Part shown: piece after piece, positions 56,884 to 64,000 of the stretch
Numbering within the stretch: position 1 is the stretch's first letter
How the letters are laid out: every line of letters begins with the position of its first letter
Assembly (NCBI GenBank): GCA_964199315.1
Contig: OZ116700.1
Coordinates: 34,410,001 to 34,474,000, forward strand
DNA from: Orbicella franksi
Taxonomy: Eukaryota
DNA length: 64,000 nt
Direction of reading: 5' to 3'
Translations under genes and position numbers: made by a program
Notes under the pieces: generated by a model
Databases searched by the model: none
What the model saw: the letters and a program-made list of their open reading frames with translations, nothing else
Told to the model about the DNA's origin: nothing

Positions 56884-59800
56884 ATGTCCAGGACGAAAAA
56901 TGGTCCTGGATTGTTTGTGCCTCGGCGACCATTTCTTGGCTGGTCCCTATGGGATTTGTGTTCTGTTTTGGAGTCTTCCCTCCGGTATTCATGGATTACT
57001 TTCGAGAATCTAGAGAAAAACCTGGTAAGTATAATGCAGAAGCTTTATTGGTACGTAAATATCCTTCAAATCTCAAGGTGGAGGTCAAGGCTTAAGGTCG
57101 ACCAAGATCTCGAAGACAGTCTTGAAACATTTTAATCTCGGATTTGCAATGTTTCTCAGCACAACTATTACCGCGACGTTTCCTTTTAAGCTGATTTTGA
57201 TATATGATGGATTTGTGATGTCTTGCGACTACAGACATTTTCTTTTCCATTGCGCCACGCGTACAAAGTGATTTACATGTTTATCCAGCCGTGAAATTGG
57301 GACTCATGACTCTGTCACGAAATGCGGCTAAAACCGCTCTTTTTTACTGGTTAATTAATCGTTGCCAGGGATTTTAACGCAATATGTGTCTGTCTTGCCA
57401 CAAGGATCAGTCAAACCTTAGCCTTTTTATGGTACAGTGACAAATTGCATGTGGCTCCTTCGTCGTGACAAATGACAGCGCCCCAGTTGATAGGAGACGG
57501 AGAGAGTTCGTGACTGAGCACACCTCCGGTACTACTGTGCCGTACTGTACTGTACTACTGTGCTGTATGGTCCGTAAACCGGGGCTCTGTTGAAAAGAAC
57601 AGGCTGCGGAAAATTAACAATACAATTCAAAAAGTGCAAACACTGTGCCTTTTTATAAGAATTTTGCTGCTGAGAATAGCCAAGATTTGACAAATATCCA
57701 GAGAACATACCCAAACTGAGACTAAGAACATTTTAGTCTCGACTCGTTTTTGCATCTAGCCCTCAATACTCACAAATCCTTTATTTTTCTGCTTTCAATG
57801 ATTTCCTAGTTAAATCTGAAACGGATTTATGAAATTCTGCAATCGTACACGGCTCGTAGAAATAGACACTTTGAGTCTCAATTCAACCTCAGCGCAATTG
57901 AAAAAGATTGTGAATGTTTGACTGACATAATTGTGTGTTTGTTCTTTTAGCTTGGGTCAGTTTTGTTGCCATGGCAGGCATTAATTTTTCTGAACTTTTA
58001 TCTGGAGCCTTTATTAACAAGTTCGGCTGCCGTTTCACCGCTCTACTCGGTGGATTCTTCGGTATGTGCAGTATGCCTCGGCCTCTCCTCCCTAGCGAAA
58101 AACATCGTCATCCTGTTCCTAACTTATAGTGTCCTGTATGCCCTGGGAACTAGTTACGTGTTGTCTGCAAGCCTGAACATCATCAGCAGGTACTTCAAAA
58201 GGTGGCGATCAATGGCGACTGGGATTTTAGCGTGTGGACAAGGAGGAGGGGTCCTTATCCAGGGTCCACTTTTGCAGGCCATAATAGACGCCTTTGGCTG
58301 GAGGACAGTCTTCCAAATAATGGCTGGCGTAGTTCCAGTGTTGTGTCTGTCGGGACCTACGTACAGCCCTAACCTACAGAATAGCGACCCTGAGAGTCCG
58401 CCAGAGGAAGCGAAGAGTAAAGGATGCCATATTGATGTTACAGTGTGGAAGGAACCCAAATTTGTGGCGGTTGCTGTTTCATAAGCTGTCATATTGTTTG
58501 GTCACTTTGTGGCGCAAGTTCACTTTGTAAATAATAGTTAGAATTGTTAATTTGATGTAGGCGAGTTGGAACGGCAAAGCACAAGCCATCTGCAAAAGTC
58601 TAGTGCTCGGCAATTCTCTAAAATCAAATCAACACCGAGGGAGAAGCTTATGAAAGCTATGTAAATTCTGAAGGATTTAAACAGCACGCTACCACCGTAA
58701 AATGTTCATATAGGGGACGTCAAGACTTTAAGCATTCCCTGTTTAAAAATCTAATGGCCATTTTGCCCAAAATCATCGAAATGTGGAACATTTGTATTTG
58801 TTATCGTGGCTGGAATTTCTCAGGCCCCAACGGTGTGCGCTCTCATTGGCTTCATTGAGGTCATGCAATCTAACAAAACTGCTTCCTACCAGAAGTCTCT
58901 GAGCAGGCAACATCGCAAAATCTATGACGTCAGAGAGTGACGGTGCCTTTTTTTCCCGCGAATGTTGACCGACGACCGCCTTTGAACGTTGCACGATTTG
59001 TTTTCACATGGCATCTTTAATTCTAATAATGTCTTTGTTGTCCTACCCGATAATCTAAATGTTTCTGGAACAAAACCACAAAGCAACTGTTTCCCACGGG
59101 ATCAGTCTTTGAGAGTTGAGTCCCGGCCAAACGATCGCAACATTTCAACGCAACATATCGCAACATTGTTGGGCGTGCGTTTGGCCACCCTGTTGTGACG
59201 TGTTGGGTGTTGTTGGCTTAAGTTTGAAAATCGTCAAATTCAAGCCAAGAACACCAACATGTCGCAACAGGGCGGCCAAACGCGCGCAACATGTTGCGCC
59301 TAACGATGTTGCAATATGTTGCGTTGAAAGGTTGTGATCGTCTGACCGGGGCTTTTTAAAAATGTTGACGATCCCATAGATTTAAGTGCATTGTTCGTGC
59401 TGTGATCTTCAGTCAAAAAACATAGTCTTCTTGTTACATCGGTTGGCACAAACTGTGTATATTTTTTCCTATAAATAATAAGATTAATGTTCCTCATGTC
59501 AAATATTCTCATTTCATTGTTACGAGGAAGGTTAATGTATTTCTGTTTATTCCTAGGTGCAATATTGTGAAGACATCTGAATCACCCCTGACGCGGCATC
59601 CAGGTTTTTCGTCTATTATGGACTCGCGTCTTGTGTCGGGAGACTGGTATCTGGTTGATTGTGTGACTTTCAGAAAGTCAACACGTTTTACGTCTATCAG
59701 GCGGCCGAGCTAGTCCTGGGAACGTCAATTTTGGTTGTTACCATGGCTACATCTTATGTCCACATGATTGTCTTCATTTTTTTGTACGGGTTCTGTGATG

Positions 59801-59924
59801 GTGTTTATTACTGCACTCAATGTCCTTGTTATAACATGTGTTATTCCGCGAAAAGTCCCTGCTGCGCTAGGTTGGTAACTGGAGGTCAGCTCGGTGTTTT
59901 TGGCCAGCGGTCCACCAGTGGCAG
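56884..59924 (+). pseudogene. Unprocessed pseudogene of an SLC16 (MCT10-like) monocarboxylate transporter
   Basis: Exons 56884-57024, 57951-58526, 59557-59924. ATG out of frame with QDEKWSW; 4-nt insertion near 58058-58064; in-frame TAA 58482-58484, TGA 59578-59580, TGA 59656-59658; frameshift near 59805; TAA 59876-59878. Confidence 0.9.
59119..59353. mobile_element. Palindromic GCAAC/GTTGC MITE in an intron of the MCT pseudogene
   Basis: AGTCCCGGCCAAACGATCGCAAC is inverted to GTTGTGATCGTCTGACCGGGGCT. Confidence 0.75.
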
Positions 59925-61380
59925 GTAGGTTCGATTTCGACAGAAAAGTTAGATCTATTTCGCAAGCGGTACGGTAGAACCAACTCTTTTGCTCTCAGCC
60001 GGTATTGTTTTGGTGGTCCTGAAGCTGAGTTTAGCGGGTTGATAAGCTTGTCTTTAAATGGATTACCACGTCTGAGAGCCAAGCTACTTCAGAACTTTTT
60101 CTTTGTTAGCAGAATGACATTCCAAATCCTTTTTTATTATATCGCAATATCTTGTTTCTCACATTTGCTTAACGTCAAACAGCGTAGGCCAAGTCCAAAT
60201 GTCGTGCTACTGTTGTGCTAAACTCAAACTAATTTGGCCAGGCAGTTACATGACAAAAGAACGACAGTGGTTTCATGAACGTCGAATTTAATTCAGTCGC
60301 GCCGAAGATCGCAAGAAGTTTGCTTTGCTGAAGACCATTTTAAATGCTAGAAAGTAACGGCAGCTGATGCACCAGGCTATGAATTCAGTTGGGCACGGTA
60401 AGAGCACGCCGTTTGAAGCCACCTTTTTTTGTTTTTCGCGCTACTGCAGTGCAGCACGGCAAGGCCTTGTGTTTTTAGTAGTCCTGCTGAACTTAATTCG
60501 ACCTGCCGATATACTGAGTGGTTTCAAACGTCATGCTACTGCCGTGCTTACGGCAGTAGCACTACAGACCTTAACTGTTGTACTCTAAAACGTTAATTAT
60601 TTCCCCGCTTGTCCCAGATCTTCTACGAGAGCCGCGTGGCCCACTTTCTATAGTTTATTTTAGTAAAAGAGATAAGTACTTTGGCGATACCGCTCTGCCC
60701 GACATAAAGCTGATTGATATTTGTGCAACACAGTTTAAAGGAGTTACGCTCTCGCTTAGAATTGAACCCTTTAACGGAGGGGAGTAATTATCGTGGTCAG
60801 AAAACGTTAGTGGTGTTAAGGCAATTAACGGGTGCTTAATCTGAGACCTTAATTAAGACAAAACGAGTACAGTGATAGGATATGAGTAGTACCGGAACTT
60901 GTGTATATTTAGTTCAATAACTTGCTCGACCTAATAAGTAAAAGACGTTGACCGGATTCGTTTCTTCACTTTAGGATATTCTTGCAGTTTTTTAATTATT
61001 ATTTTTAATCATTATTTAAGTTGTTGAAAGCGAAATATTCGATTCTATATTATTCAGTTATTATTATTATAATTATTATTAATACTATTATTTAAATTGA
61101 ATTTTAATTCGTTGTACTAACTTAGCACATATTTAGCACGTATTGACTGTTTAATCTAATTATTTTTTAATATAATTATTCTTCTCTGTCGATAGTTTCT
61201 TTAGTTCAGTTTACGTCTTCTTTTAATGAAAGTAAGTAGAGGTTTTCTTTGTTTAAATATATTTTTTATCATTTCAATTCAAGACCCTTTTGTAAACGGT
61301 TTTGTAACGTAGACTTCCTTATTAAAAAAATGTTTTTTTTTTAAAATCTTTTGTTAACGAAGTGTTAGAAATTATTGAAT

Positions 61381-61620
61381 GGGGAGCAGGATAGCGGTAT
61401 GGTATAAACTCTTGCCTCCTGCCAATATGGCCTGGGTTCGAATCCTGGACCTGGTTCTTGCCTTACTCCGAGGGTTTTTCTCCGAGTCTTCCGGTTTATC
61501 CTTCTCTTCAAGAACTCACACCTTAAATTTCAATCCGATCTGGAAACGGTGGACGAAGAGCCTCTCTGTGAAATGTGCCACTGTCACTGCTAATTCCAAT
61601 TTCATTTATTTATTGGTTGT
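61381..61620 (+). mobile_element. tRNA-derived SINE
   Basis: Head with B-box GGTTCGAATCC, core GGGTTTTTCTCCGAGTCTTCCGGTTT, T-rich tail TTTATTTATT. Confidence 0.7.
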
Positions 61621-62212
61621 TTATTTAAGTACGACTTTCTAGTGTAACATTTCTTTAAAATCACCACGTTAGAACTTTCGTACGCTAAGCGGACCTATAG
61701 TTACACGTCACGTATTGCTTCACTGCCGTTGCCTTCAGTTCAGCATTACACTTTGGACAGATCAATTTCTTTTTTTTCTTGATTAAAATCATATAACATA
61801 ACTCCTGATCATGTTAGTTTGTTTCGTCTCAGACAATCGTAGGAAAACTCTCTCTTTGACGGCGTTTTAATTTACCGAGGACTAATTAGACGTTAACCGA
61901 CACGCGATGTATTAATTGTTCTTGTATAAAAATGTTTGGCTAGTCCTGGGTTAACTTCATCGGGCTTTGCCACGTGCCACGCGATGTGTGCAAGGCTGTG
62001 GCAAGCATCACGACATCAACCTTTTATTTTGGGCTCGTCACGCGTTTTTCCCATGAGCCCAAAGAGCGCCTGCGTAGCAAGCTAACTCTTATCCCTGTCT
62101 GCAAATTTTATATCACACTGGTTAAAATATTCCCATTTTATTAATTTTTTTTATCTCAGAGTTGTCAACTTTAGCTTTAGGAAAGCGCGTTTTATCGTAC
62201 AGATTTCTTCTC

Positions 62213-62741
62213 ATGGCTCATAAACAGGACGGAAAATGGTCGTGGCTTGTTTGTTTCTCGGCGACCCTGTCTTGGCTTGGCGCGCTGGGGTTTCTGTTCA
62301 GTTTTGGAATTTTCTTTCCAGTATTCATGGATTACTTTCATGAATCTAGAGAAAAAACGGGTAAGTTACAGGCTTTACATGTAGACGCCATATATAGATA
62401 TCGTCGACATAACAAGATTCCTACTGAAAAAGAACATTATAAACTCCCTCCAGGAATACAGCATTTACAGTGCTCTAAACACTAAGACCAAATTCGTGTT
62501 GCGATTAGACAATTCACTAATATAATCCTACATACCTAAACAGAACACATACAATAATCGATCATTTAATTAAATGTCAAAATTGAACGGGATTTTCCTA
62601 ACATGAGACGCCATCTCGTGAACTAACAGCAATCTCGTGACACCTGCATGCTACGAAGACCGGACTCCGTCCTCGCCTGGCCCCCCAGTCGATATGACAA
62701 CTCTCCGCCTAGATTCATTTCAATAGGATTGATATTGGGTA

Positions 62742-62792
<51 letters not shown>

Positions 62793-63957
62793 GATATCTT
62801 CCAGGAAACAAAACAGTAATTCTGATTAACTAATTGATACGTAACGTATTACAATGGGGTCTCACTTGCACTTACAAGTGCTGTTGCAAAAATTTGTAAT
62901 TGATTCGATAAGAAAACAAAATTTATCATATAAAAAACACTAGAGAAAGAGAAAAAAGGAAGAGAAATCTCAGCATTCCGGATAACTTTCCTTAGAATCG
63001 TTTGCGAAGCCGACACAGGAGACAGAGTGCGTCATACGCCCAAAGAAACGTTTGCGCAGGGTTGGGGATTAGGGGGAAAAATTACTTCCTACAAGTGAAA
63101 AATGGCACAACACTACGACTCGCAACATAATGTTTAGTGTTTCACACCATTATTGCCGTGTCTTTGTTTTGGCCCAGAGCATGTCGTTGTTATGTCTCAT
63201 TAGATATAATTCTTGGACTTCTTAAGAATCCAATAATTATCACGCGAAATACCAAAACCTAATTTCCGAATGCGACATTTGTGTGTTTGTTTTTTCAGCT
63301 TGGGTAGGTTCACTTGCAATGGCACTCACGAACTTTTCTGGTCTCGTATCTGGCGCCCTCATTAAAAGATTCGGCTGTCGTTTCACTACTTTAGTCGGTG
63401 GATTCTTATGCGCGTTAAGCCTTGGCCTCTCCTCCCTGGCGAAAAACATTCTCACCTTGTTCCTGACTTATAGTGCACTGTATGGCCTGGGCACTAGTTG
63501 TGTATTGTCTGCAAGCCTCAACATCATTAGCAAGTACTTCAAAAAGAGGCGATCAATGGCGACTGGGATTGTTGCGTGCGGGCAAGGAGGAGGGGTCCTT
63601 ATCCTGGGCCCTGTTTTACAGACCATGATTAACGCCTTTGGCTGGCAGACCACCTATCAAATAATGGCCGGCGTGGTTCTATCCCTGTGTTTGTCTGGAC
63701 TCACCTACAGTCCTAATGTAGAGCATGACGAGCTCCAAGGTGATGTGGTGGAAGTAGAAGGGAGTGCCAGCAGTGCTGATGGCGCCCAAAATGAACTCGT
63801 TGGACACGAAAGAGGGGAAAATACTAAGACTTCGGTGGAAGAGGAGAAGAGAGGATGCCATGCCTTCTTGACTGTGTGGAAGGAACCCAAATTTGTGGCC
63901 CTGGTCGCCTCATCGTCTGTCATGATGTTTGGTCATTTTGTGCCACAGATTCACTTG
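62213..63957 (+). CDS. SLC16 monocarboxylate/aromatic amino-acid transporter (MCT10-like, MFS fold); 3'-partial, intact so far
   Basis: Exons 62213-62360 (MAHKQDGKWSWLV...ESREKTG) and 63299-63957 (AWVGSLAMAL...FGCRFT...YFKKRRSMATGI...HFVPQIHL); continues beyond the window. The frame is also open upstream to acceptor 62159. Confidence 0.9.
62742..62791 (+). repeat. (AAT)~17 microsatellite, probably a retroelement tail
   Basis: Direct reading of the sequence. Confidence 0.9.
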
Positions 63958-64000
63958 GTAAATAACTTTTAGGATTTGTTTCGCTTGTTTAGACTGCCCC

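Noticed and set aside
58059-58072. GTATGTGCAG as a frame-restoring micro-intron in the MCT copy
   Set aside because: 10 nt is far below spliceable length, and several other independent stops and frameshifts remain.
60560-61340. Possible decayed retroelement or transposase fragment followed by an AT-rich tail
   Set aside because: Looks repeat-like, but no RT, endonuclease or DDE motif could be read; needs a RepeatMasker or tBLASTx search.
45345-61620. tRNA genes suggested by B-box-like GGTTCGAATCC motifs (45470, 61437, ~30040)
   Set aside because: No cloverleaf; these are SINE heads followed by SINE core sequence.

Overview
Intron-rich animal genomic DNA, probably a stony coral or other anthozoan (inferred from repeat families and gene content). 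All genes I could support lie on the + strand: (1) the 3' part of an uncharacterised gene whose >=368-aa product ends in an SVBP-like motif; (2,3) two intact tandem Cdc42 paralogues; (4) PSMC2/Rpt1; (5) a single-exon 1372-aa Roco protein with the architecture Cdc42-like pseudo-GTPase - ankyrin - LRR - ROC - COR - Cys/His-rich tail; (6) an intronless Mos kinase; (7) vigilin/HDLBP; (8) a disabled SLC16/MCT10-like pseudogene; (9) the 5' part of an apparently intact tandem MCT10-like paralogue. MITEs, SINEs and LINE tails fill the introns. The strongest novelty candidate is the Roco protein, whose N-terminal Cdc42-like domain is degenerate at every G-motif and which lies about 14 kb downstream of the duplicated Cdc42 pair. 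The long SVBP-motif protein is second. Exon boundaries were read by hand from GT-AG signals and frame continuity. Family assignments rest on remembered motifs; no database search was run.
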